Source: Somniosus microcephalus (Eukaryota). From it: a DNA stretch of 64,000 nt. The first letter of the stretch is position 1. Each line of letters opens with the position of its first letter. The DNA lies in the NCBI GenBank assembly GCA_052327205.1, contig CM126204.1, positions 72,850,001 to 72,914,000 on the forward strand. The letters are read 5' to 3'. The notes beneath the pieces were generated by a model. The model was not told the origin of the DNA, did not search any database, and was given only the letters and a program-made list of their open reading frames with translations. A program made the translations under genes and the position numbers. Shown here piece after piece: positions 37,757 to 48,786 of the stretch.

Positions 37757-38431
37757 GGCCTAGAAATTCGGTGGGCTGCACCACCAGTTAGCGCCCAAAG
37801 AGGGCACTTAGTGGCTTTAGCGCCACTGGCCATGCCCCCCGCGAAATTTAGTGGGGCGCTAATGGCGGCGTTAGCCTGTAGCGCTGCGCCGCCATCGATG
37901 ACATCATCGGTGTGCGCAGCGCCCCGCTACCGCCCCAATCGCGATATTGGGTCGCGCCCCCCTGCTGTGACCGGTTCAGGGGGGCCGACCTGCAGCGGTA
38001 GTGGCGCTAATTAAAGGGGAGGTGCAGGGCGGCCATTTTCTTTGCTGGCCGCCTGCCAGCACCTCCTCGCGCTGCCGTCCCTGGCCTCCTGAGCACCCCC
38101 CCCGGGCAGTGCCGGCTGTGTCCCAAGAGCCCGGCACCTCTCCTCGGTGCCGGGCTCTTTGCCGGCACTCACGATCTCTGATCGTGCTGGTTCAGGCCCC
38201 TCCCCTTTAAGAAGGGGTGGAAGGCCTGCAGTACCGCAGCGCACCACACGCTGCGGCACGTTGCGCTGTGATATTCAGTTTCAGCGCCCCAAGAGTGATG
38301 CGGGGCGCCTCGAGCAGCGCCCCGCTTCCGTTTGGGGCGCTGAAACTGAATATCGCGCTGGCGCAATCGGCTCCTTCCGGGGCGGAACTTCCAGCGCCCA
38401 GGCGTTTGGGGTGCCACCGAATTTCTAGGCC
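37757..38431. mobile_element. GC-rich Harbinger-type MITE (family B), copy 2
   Basis: Perfect 18-bp TIR GGCCTAGAAATTCGGTGG and 3-bp TSD CCA. Confidence 0.9.
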
Positions 38432-39479
38432 CCAACCTTTGTTTTGCTCTCTGTAACATTTTTAAAAAGTTGGGATAAAAGCAGGTTCTCATTTCTTGGT
38501 TCCCGGTCTGTGAGAATTCTGCAATGTGATTGGCTGCTTAGACAGCTTGTTGACATCACAGCAGATCGCACGAGGGAATTCCCACTATGCTGTGCTGAAA
38601 TCACTTATGTGCCAAAAAAGGCAAACTTTTCATGATCTCTGTGTCCAGCTTTCTTCGCGGCCAGCAGCGAACACCTTTGCTTCACCGCTGACCACAAATT
38701 CTAGGCCAATATTTTCTGCTTTTTGGGAGTAATTGGCACATCTAGTTTTACTTTCTAACAGTAAGCAAAGAATAGTGAAGCAGAGGCCAGCAGACTGGTG
38801 TTGTGATTGTCCTTGAGTGACTGTTAATAAAACGGTAATAATCAGTTAAGTATTGTGGCACCTTTGTACGTTGCAACAATCATTATTTCATCTTCAATTA
38901 CATTGTATGTCTAATATTTTTAAACACTTAACTTTACAGCTGGTAGAGAAAATAGAATCTACATATTAAATGGTAACTATAAACCTGAGAGGTGGAATTA
39001 TTCCTTTAATTATTTTATTCAGTTTACCCTCCATTTATTTACTAAAATGTTTCTCAACCATTTTTATTCCTTTTGCCAGAACATTTCATCGTTAATTAAA
39101 CCACTTAAGTTGCCACAAAATCTTTCTTCTCATTATAAGTTATGGGCAAATTAAGTTTCTGTGAACTGGCAGTTCTCAGATAATGTCTGCCTTCTATCAT
39201 ATTGTTCTTATTTAAGTATTGTAATGAAATGGTTATCACAGGGCTCCTTTATTGTATCATTTACCTAATGGATTGAACGAAGAACAGAATCAGTGACATT
39301 TGCGAAGGCACCGTCCCGATTTAAGAGGACAGAATGGATGTAGGGTGCTTTAGGAGAAAAGGAAAGAGAGAGAAAATAGGGTAATGGAAGAAATCCCATT
39401 GTAATTAATTTTACCCAATTATAGTAGAAAGCAACACTAACTATTATGCTCACCGTAGATTTTGATAAATTAAGTAGTA

Positions 39480-39917
39480 CAGGTAGACTACCTTTTATCC
39501 GAACTTCCGAAAACCGAAACCCTCTAAAAACCGAAGGTTTTTTCGTTCAGCGTAAGTCGTGCACAAGATATGACCAGAGTGGCGCACGACTTACGCTGAG
39601 CAGAGGGTCAGCGTAAGTCGTGCGCACGACCCCGACCCCCGCCGACGACCCCCCGCGGACCCCCCCCCGCGGACCCCCGCCGACCCCGACCCCCCCGCCG
39701 ACACCCCGCCGACCCCGACTCCCGCCGACCCCCCCCCGCCGACCCCGACTCCCGCGGACCCCCGCCGACCCTGACCCACGACGACCCCACCCCGACCCCC
39801 CGCGGACCCCCGCTGACAAATTTCCCAGTCTTATAAAATACCTTCCGAAATCCGAAATTTTCCGAAAACCGAAACACTGCTGGTCCCGAGGTTTTCGGAT
39901 AAAGGATAGTCTACCTG
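39480..39917. mobile_element. Tc1/mariner (pogo/Tigger-like) MITE with C-rich tandem core, copy 1
   Basis: 24-bp TIR with 2 mismatches (CAGGTAGACTACCTTTTATCCGAA / TTCGGATAAAGGATAGTCTACCTG), TA on both flanks, subterminal CCGAAAA repeats. Confidence 0.9.
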
Positions 39918-40237
39918 TATTAAAATCTGGACACTCACAAAGAGTTTGTTATGCATGGATCCCACATGTATGCCAGAGACCACCTTAGTAAAATGACCTC
40001 TGGGAAATTCTGTGAAGGTTTAATATCCAGTGCTAAATAGTTCAAATAAACTAGACTACTGTTTAGATCGTGATCGTGTAGTGCTGAATACAAATTATGT
40101 AATCTTTTAGATTGGATGCCAAAGCTAAACCCATTTGTTTAAATAATATGGCATTGTATTTCTACGTTTAATGTATTTCTTTTCTATTATGTTTTCACTA
40201 ACAAGCTCCAACACTTGGTTCCAATACTTGGAGTTTC

Positions 40238-40602
40238 TTTAAAATGATAAAGGCATTCAATTGGGTAGATACACAGAAACTATTTCCTCTAGTGGGGGAA
40301 TCCAGAACAAGAGGGCATAATCTTAAAATGAGAGCTAGGCGATTTAGGAGTGAAATCAGGAAGCACAATTTCACACAAAGGGTAGTGAAAACCTGGAACT
40401 CTCTTGCTCAAAAGGCTGTGGATGCTGGGGAAATTGCAACTTTAAAGATAGATTGAAAGATTTCTGTTAGGTATGGGTATGAAGGGTTATGGAATAAAGG
40501 CTGGTAAATGGAGTTGAGGTAGAAATCAGCCATGGTTAATTAAATGGTGGAACTGGCTCGAAGGGCTGAATGGCCTACTCCTGTTCATATCTTTCTATGT
40601 TC
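40238..40602 (+). mobile_element. CR1-like LINE 3' fragment
   Basis: LFPLVGESRTRGHNLK...FTQRVVKTWNSL plus a 3' UTR ending tctatgtt. Confidence 0.9.
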
Positions 40603-40875
40603 AGGGATCAAGGGAAAATTCTACCAAGGTAGAACCTATGATAAATCACATTGTACATAGTCAGTGAAAGAAGTGTGTTTGATGAGTCGGATGATCTTTT
40701 CTTCTTCCATCCATTTTTACATTTTCTCTTTATGTGCAGCAAAATGGATAGTTATTAGAAGTAATAAACAATTTTAAAGAAATTCATGATGTAAGATGTA
40801 GAAAAACTTACCATGTGAAATCACTGCTTTTTAAAAAAAAAACTACCCTCTTTTTGCACTTCTTCCAGACAATAT

Positions 40876-41513
40876 GGGGGGGATTTTAACCACAAAAAAC
40901 AGGCGGGTTTGGGTCGGGTGGGAGGATAAAATGTTAAAAATCTGAATCCCGAGCCCAACCTGCCTTCGACCCGCCCACTTCCAGTTTTAATGGAGGTGGA
41001 ACGGGGTTGGTCATTTAAATATTATAATGAGGCTGCATGCCTCATATTGAGCCACCATTTCAAATTTAACTCTGGCCGGCCGGGTTTCCTGGGCCTCGGG
41101 AGGCGAGGACTGCTGGATCCAGGAGGTAAGTACCTTTCCACTTTCCTGCTGGATCTAGCGTACCTGCTTCCCGCGATCGGCCACCCCCACCTCCCCCGAC
41201 CCTTCCGACCTCCCCCTCGATTCCTCCGACCACCCCCCCGATTCATCCGATCTCACCCCCCCGAGACCTCCGATCTCACGGCTAAGGCCTCTGATCCCCC
41301 GGCCTCCGATCCCTCCCTCCTCTATGCTCCCTGGCTGCAGCCTGGTGCCGGAGGCCTACCTGCCCGACAGCCAGCCTCTCAATCTGGCTGTGGCTGGGAA
41401 ATGGAGAAAAAAAAGTTACTCAGGTCCTGCCGTTAAATTCGGCAGGGCCTGAGGGAAACCCATTTTTCCTTGCCCCCTTGCTCCCTCCCTGCCTCCGAGT
41501 AAAAATCCAGCCC
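40876..41513. mobile_element. Harbinger-type MITE (family D)
   Basis: Termini ggggggatttta ... taaaaatccagccc; internal C-rich ccga repeats; homologous to 36600-36917. Confidence 0.75.
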
Positions 41514-43311
41514 TAAGAGTGAGATTACAAACTCCGCCATGTAGTGTATTGCATGCCAATCCACCATAAGGCAGGTTGATGTCACTCATGCCAATCTTTC
41601 TCTCAAAGTTTGGTTTAATGGTTTTGTCCAGTTTCTCCCCCTATGTCCATGGTATCCAGGAATGGCCTGGAATGTCTCCACTGATACTTTCAGTACTTCA
41701 CTTAGGCTGATCTCGCTCGAGTTATGGGGAAAAGGACCAACCTCTGGAGTTGTCCATCTCTTTGTGAATCAGCTCACCTGAAAGCTGGCCAAAAGCTGAG
41801 TGAGCATCTAAATTGATTTGGAACTCTAATATCTTACTGGAGGCCTTGACCACCTCTGTATTGATAATATTGATACTGAAATATTGATTTGCTGTGCATT
41901 TTATGGAAAATATAAGTGGCAACCTTTAGCTGTTTGCAGAATCATACTAGCAAAAAACTGGAGCTAGTGCACTGAGACCCTGTAGTAAATTATGTTTTAA
42001 TGTTCTCTTCTCGACTGTTCTATCAATGTGCTGTTTCAGATATAAAACAGCCGCTGGCATGTAGTGCCAAAGTATATTGGTGCTGTAATGCATTGGGCCA
42101 GGGAGTGATGTTGCTGCTTTCTCACCTGACAAATTCTAAATTTTTCTCGGTCCATTTTGGATCAGAGGCTAAAGGCTTTCCCCATAGGAGGAGAATGTTT
42201 TTTTGCCAGTATATAAGCCCAGAACACTCCTGTGCACCTTTTCTGCCACAGCACAAAAGCTGCAATGGGAAAGGTTTCTGATTAAATTGCCTGCTTTCTT
42301 GGCAGGTAAATGATGCATGGCATGGTGGGGGGAAGTGACGGTATGGCAATATGAAGGTAGAAAAAGAACCGAAAAAGGAAAGGAGGGAACACAAATATTA
42401 AAAAAGCTGAGAAAAATGACACATTCCATTTTTTTTTTAACCAGGTACAATATGATTGTTGTTTAGGCCACAAAGAATGCATGTCCGCAGCTTGCCAAGC
42501 TAGCATCCCTTAAGAAGTTATTAATTATATAGCTAATGCACATCAGACAGTGGGTGTGTTCAGATTAATCACTGATGCTGGAGTGATATGCTGAAGTGCG
42601 TTTTGGTTTCATCTTCCGTCACCTTGTAATGGGTTTTCCTTCTCGCCGGCAGGTAAACAGGTGCGTAGCTGCTGCTCTTTCACTTTTTACTTTAGCTGGT
42701 ATAATACCATCCGGCAGAGAACAGAAACCTCCCCGATTCTGTCAGGTGCTGCGAGAATTGTTTGCTGTGAAGAGTGTCAGAATACTGAATGCAACGTGTA
42801 CAAATTGGTTTGCCATTATCTTAATATAGTCTGTAGCTGCTCTGAGCTTGTTCAGTGTTCTACCATTACTGTTGCCGCCTGTCTGAAATTTTCCATGGCT
42901 CTGAGCCAAATCAGGTGGAATTCTCCTCCATGTCTCTGAATGGGAGGCTTTTAATCATTTGCCAGAATGGATCGGCTTTGCTCTGTTTTGCACATTCCTA
43001 ATATTCTGCAATAGAGAAACAAATTATGCTTCGAGAAACCAGCGTAGGAAACAGCTACTTTAATACAGACCTCAAAATGGTGTTTATTTCACATAAAATG
43101 TTATCCCCTCATCTTTAAAAAATGTCTTTCTTCCTCATTTTACTCTGTTCCTCTCCTCCACCCAGCACCCATTCCTCTGGATGAGAGAGTTTGAAGGTGA
43201 CCCATTGCCAGGCTTCTGTCAGTGTCATACTTGGAAATGTATGTGAGTGACCTGGGCTTCTTTCTGACTATTTGAACAATAAATTTCCCTTCCTGTATTG
43301 AGGAGAGAGAG

Positions 43312-43880
43312 AGAGGTCGAATTCGACTGACAGAGTGAGCTGGCTAGTCATGTACCCACGGCAATGAGGCAGCCACAATTCTAAGGCCTTGGCCTCATTT
43401 GCATCTAACGGGCGAGCTGTGGGGCATCAAACAGGTAGCTCACCAAATTAAGGCAGGCTAATATTAGGCCATCCCAGCAAGCACCAAGGTAAGTGTGGAA
43501 AAAGGTCGCAATCGGGGAGTGGGGTGCTAGGGTGGCAGTGGCCCAGATTGTGGGTCCCAGAGGAACACTCCTGCTTCTCTGGGCCCCACAAAAATTATTT
43601 CAAACTTACCTTTGTTGGACCTCTTCAGCTCTATCTCCTGTGGAACTGATCTGAGCGTGCATGGCACACACTGACCAGTTCTAACCTAATATGGCAACCT
43701 GGGTCCTAGAAACCTGATTTGCACTTTAAAGGGGGCCTACCGCCTAAAACAGGCAGGCGATTTGGGTGCCAAGCACTAGGCCCCTTTGAAAATGGCGCTG
43801 GCAGCAATATTGTGGTTGACAGGCCAGTAAAGCTACCAGCCCCATTTTGTAGCCATTACTGCCCCATCAACACTAGGTGC
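43312..43880. mobile_element. Probable Harbinger-type MITE, diverged
   Basis: GC-richer block ending aaaatcaccccc with a degenerate left terminus (ggtcgaattc). Confidence 0.5.
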
Positions 43881-44099
43881 AATAAGTTAAAATCACCCCC
43901 AGAGATTCTGGTTTCCGTGTTAGTGTCTGGGAATTCACCATATTTGCCAGATTGGAAATTGTGGCTGCTGTTTTGCTAGTCTGCAATACCAATTTGTGAT
44001 GTCAGCACTCCAAGGTCTTTTGTTGTTTAGAGAAACAAGTGAATCTTGATGGTTTTGCACATTGGAGCACCAGCATGCAGCACCATGGAGTGGAACCGT

Positions 44100-44330
44100 G
44101 CAGATTCAATTTCACCCTCTTGGCTCCAAGTCTTAAAATTCTTTTACCCTGCATGGAAGAGGGAACATTGGAAGGAGTGAGCTCACTGGGCTGCTGTCTT
44201 GTGTCTCCTAGTAGCTTATCAAAGAGGACATTGGTGAGGGAAGGAGAGAATGAGATCCACCTGCCCTCTTGGCATTGGAGACATGTGGCCCACAAGGATT
44301 TGCAAGAGGAAAACGTTGATGGTGGATGCC
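44100..44330 (+). mobile_element. Possible ancient RTE-type LINE ORF fragment
   Basis: MEEGTL...P.W.WRHV.HKDL loosely resembles the RTE C-terminal MEDGRLPK...RP.LRWKD..KRDL pattern. Confidence 0.2.
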
Positions 44331-45294
44331 CTTCATTGAAGGGCAAATACCCTTAGATGAAATAAAAGTTTAGAAAATAATGCCAAAGTGAATTCACAAA
44401 TGGAGTCCTGTGCAACATACTTCTATTGATCGAATAGTCCATTTCATATCAGTACATTTTCCAAAATTGTAGAGGATGGAAAACATCTATTAAAAGAGTT
44501 CTTTTTAGAGATTTACTAGGTTACCATAACTATATCGTTTTACAGAAATGGTTAAGACTGGAGTTTTATAGCGGGGCGTCTACAAGTAAAAGACATCTTG
44601 AAAAGCAATGCAAAAGCAAAAAGAAAATTTGAAACAATCAAAGATTTATGAGTAACTTTAATATCCCTTTAATTTTGGGGGGAATTTGTTTATTTCTGCT
44701 GATTTAAACCTGATAAGAAAATACTGGTTTTGGGTAAGTGAGTGCTGCGAACTTGAGCTGGTAAACTGGCTTGGTGAGTTATTGAGGCTGCTGGAATAAG
44801 GGAGCTGAATTAACCCCTGAAGTTATAATTGCAAGATTGCTGATGCAGCCTGTGTTAGTGACTGCATCTCTGATAGTGTAAGGGTAACCTATGATGCTGA
44901 TAATTTACATTATCAATAAATATTTTTAAGATTTAAAATAAGTACAATTACATGGTGAACTGTTGGCTTATGTTACAAAATCCTGCAGTCCGTACAAGCC
45001 AGAGTATCCAGTACACATTTGCAGTATTATAGACAAGTTGACGGGGAATATTTTAAAGTATTTTGGAGCCAGGTTCTTACATGACGAGGACAAAAAATCC
45101 TGCACTCAAAATACATTTAACATCAGTGTTGCCCATGATTTTCAGGGAGTAGGTAGTGTATACCAATCTTGGTAAATTTCTACAATCGACCGATTCAAAG
45201 ATTATTTTTGTTGACATCACAGGGCAATAATGCAAATTTATGAATTCCTGACCTTGATGCAGGATGATATTCAAGCTATTAGCTGTACTTAGTA

Positions 45295-45568
45295 CAGGTA
45301 GACTATCCTTTATCCGAACTTCCGAAAACCGAAAACCTCTAAAAACCGAAAGTTTTTTCGTTCAGCGTAAGTCGTGCGCACGACGCTGACCCCGCCCCGA
45401 CCCCCCGCCGACGCCAACCCCCACCCCGACCCCCCGCCGACCCCCCCCCGCCGACCTCCACCCCCGACAAATTTCCCAGTCTTATAAAATACCTTCTGAA
45501 ATCCGAAATTTTCCGAAAACCGAAACACGGCTGGTCCCGAGGTTTTCGGATAAAGGATAGTCTACCTG
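45295..45568. mobile_element. Tc1/mariner (pogo/Tigger-like) MITE, copy 2
   Basis: Perfect 24-bp TIR CAGGTAGACTATCCTTTATCCGAA and TA on both flanks; near-identical to 39480-39917 with a shorter core. Confidence 0.9.
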
Positions 45569-46767
45569 TAAAACACTGCTTAAAAGTGAACTGCAAAAGT
45601 ACACACACAAAGAAATGAAATGGTATATGTTATGAAAAATAGCAGATACCAAGAGTGAGTTCAAAACTGTAATCTAAGCTTGAAGTTCAGATGACCATTG
45701 TAAACCAGTTCAGATTTCCTACCGTGGTTGGTGTTATCTGAACCCCTCAATTCAATTGTAACTCTTTCTTGGGTTTCCATTATTCTCCATTTCAAACTTT
45801 TTTCATATCTTTGATGGTCCATATCTGTTCTACATGTAGTATTTGATACTTAAAAAAAAAATTGTTTCACTCACTTTCTAGTAATGCACAAAAATAGTGT
45901 AGGACAATCATCATTTGATTGTTTCTGTATATATTAGTTATGTGTGTGAACATTGCAGTGATGGAATTTGTATATATGTCACATCTTTACAAAAAAAACC
46001 CACACATTCCACCCCTCACCTTGAGCAGTAATATTAAGTGAAATATGGTACACTATGTTGTGCAGCTATGCTTAATGTAACATAAACATTTAAGCACCGG
46101 TCGACACATGGAAATCTGTTTCTGCATCTGCTGGCAAGCTGCTGACTGTAGTCAGCATGCAAGGTTTGACCAAAATAACAATGCAGATTTTCTCCTTTAG
46201 GAATATAAAAAGCTCATATCCAGCAGAGTCTGGCTTTTATTGCACAAATGTTAGAGGGAAAGTCTTAAGTCATTGCTTCTATGTGTTGGCGTCATCACAA
46301 TGCACACATTTAATTTGTGTTTTGAAAAATTCCACAGTGTCACCCTGTTGGCTCTGGGCACGCATCCAGGATGAAATGGGGGATGGGGGGAGAGGAGTGG
46401 GCAGTGGGAGAGAGAAAGCAGGGTGCTGTTGTAAGAACAGTGGACTATTTAATCTTCTCCTTTGTTTGCAACAAAACTATTTTCATTAGCTATTTTTGAT
46501 AGGTTTACTCTAACTCATTGTGATTAATAAAGCAATGTTTAGCCCTTCTTAATTTCCAGCATTGCTCAACGGGGGAGCTGTAAGAAGCAAAGTCCTAAAC
46601 AGAATGGAAAGTTACACTGATGGAATGTTTTAGCTACATTTAGGGCACAATTAAAAAGCCAGTAGAACACAGGCCTAAAGCCAGTCGAGTGTAAATTTTA
46701 ACCTCATAGTCATTGTAAGTCAACAAAGTATTACATTTTCAAACATTTCTCTTTATTTATATTTTTT

Positions 46768-47283
46768 AGCTTGCCTCAGTTTGTAGCACCCTCACCTCTG
46801 AGTCAGACGGTTGTGGGTTTAAGCCCCACAGTATGACGGCGTGCTTCATTTTCACAGGTGTAATTCTTCACATGAGCCAATAAAATGAGACCCTGTCTGC
46901 CTGCATTCAAGGTTCTGGTGGATGTAAAAGATCCCATGGCACTATTCACAGAAGAGTAGGTTGTTCTGGTGCCCTGACCACTATTCAGCCCTCAAAGAAA
47001 ACAGATTAACTAATCATGCATGTCATTTGCTATTTGTAGGACCTTGCTGTATGCACATTGGCTGCTTTATTTACCTACAAAGAAAAAATAAAGACTTGTA
47101 TTTTATATAGCGCCTTTCACCACCTCAGGACGCCCCAAAGAGCGTTATAGCCAATGAAGTAATTTTGAAGTGTAGGAAATACATAACAGCAGTGATTGCA
47201 CTTCAAAGTACTTCAGTGGTTGCAAAACTCTTTGGATGTTCTAAAACATGAAAAAGCACTATATAAATGGAAGTTCTTTATTT
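46768..47283 (+). mobile_element. SacSINE1/DeuSINE-like SINE with an antisense tail inserted at 47080-47179
   Basis: tRNA-like head (ggttgtgggtttaagccccac), ggatgtaaaagatcccatggcactatt core, tail aaatggaagttcttt. The insert is flanked by a TACA duplication. Confidence 0.75.
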
Positions 47284-47381
47284 TACAAAATATCAATCTA
47301 CTCCTACTTTCTTTATAAATGGGACAAAGCCAGTACTTTATAAAGTACTTCAGAGACTACTAAACTATCATGTAGATTCTA

Positions 47382-48010
47382 GGGGGCACTTTTAACCCTA
47401 CTTGCTCAGCAGAAACCTGGCAGGTGGGCAGTTAAATTCGCCCTGGCTCTTACCTGCCTGAAGCCGCCATGATCGCAACATCTGCAATTTTAATCTGCTC
47501 TCCTGAGCAGGCAGCAAGGACACGCGCCCGGAGCCAACAGAGTCCTTCTTTACAAATGTATGTTACGGCCCGCTGACATCATTGAGACCTGACCGTAATT
47601 TAAACAGGCCTGAGCGGGGAATGTACCTCGGGTTAATATCAGGGCCATTAATAATTGGCAGGCTGGTGCAAATCTGGTGTAGGGAATTATCCCTGTACCG
47701 GAACAGGTAGGCCTTAGGCCCACCTGATAATTGGCCTCGTGCCTCAATTACATCAGACCAGTGAGCTGCCTGAGGATACCCAGTAGGTGTCTGCGGCTCA
47801 CTGATCAACAACATTTGAATTTGGGGCTGCTGCGTTGCTAGTAGTTCAGATACTTTTTCAGAGAAGGGGGTTGGTTTTCCGGGAATAGGGAGTGATCGGA
47901 TGGGTATCTGACCAGGAGTGAGGGGAGAGATCAGGAAAGTTGGTTGAGGCAACGATCGGGACGGGTTGGGCAGGATGCGGGCTGTCAAGGACCTGACAGA
48001 ACCGGAAACA
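47382..48010. mobile_element. Probable Harbinger-type MITE, right end uncertain
   Basis: Starts gggggcacttttaaccc, like the other GGG..TTTTA termini; GC-richer than its flanks. Confidence 0.5.
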
Positions 48011-48012
48011 CT

Positions 48013-48786
48013 GGCCGGATTTTACTGTGAGCGGCAAAGGAATGGCTTTCGCTGTTCACCTCGCGTACAGCTGCCCACAGACTTTTAACGGGCTTGTCAG
48101 CGGAGACTTCCAGTGATCCGGCATCTGTTTGAATTTGGTGCCCTCTACAGGGGATCTGTGGCATCTGTGAACAGGAAAAGCAGCAGGGAGGCTCTTCAAC
48201 TAATCAGATTGAAGAATCCTCACTGAGCCACGCAGATTGCAAAGTAGGAAGTAAAAAACATGAAATATAAATTACATGTAAATCATTGTACAGGAAGTAA
48301 AAAAAGATTGGGACATATACATGGGATTAAGGGAGAAACATAAAAGAGGAAAACAAAACTATATTAAAAATATATTTTAATTTCTATTTTTTTAAAATCT
48401 GCAACATCAATTTTCTTCTGAGGGAATGAGACTCCACACTTGTAAAATATTTTTTTCATGGCCAGAGAGGTTGTTCAGCAGTAATTATCACTTACTATGC
48501 TGTTAGAAACTCAGTTACTTCTGATTATTCAAGCCCATACTATTTCATCTGTCTTTAGAACGAGAATAGTGGGTAATTAGCCTAAGTTCACACCATTACA
48601 GTGATCTCTGTGCAGATTCCATCGGCAAAGACTGCAACAGCACACCCTGTGGAGGAGCAGGGTATCACTGACAGCAACTTATGGATTTCCGTGTTTAACT
48701 GCGCATGTGCAGACACCAGAAGTTGCTGTCAGTTTTACCCTGTAATAATGACAGCTTTGCCGTTATTAGTACTGCAAATTCAGTAC
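48013..48786. mobile_element. Harbinger-type MITE (family C), inverted relative to 37172-38707
   Basis: Shares the ctgacagcaactt...ggaaatcc...aagttg.tgtcag hairpin block with 37355-37425. Confidence 0.7.

Larger units (their letters stand above)
37172..38707. mobile_element. Harbinger-type MITE (family C) carrying two nested insertions
   Basis: TIRs gggccagaatttg ... caaattctaggcc. Inverted homology to 48013-48786. Confidence 0.75.

Noticed and set aside
39547-39988. Gly/Arg- and Pro-rich repetitive ORFs and a superficially CRISPR-like repeat
   Set aside because: Translations of the C-rich tandem core of a TIR element; no unique spacers or cas genes, and the context is eukaryotic.
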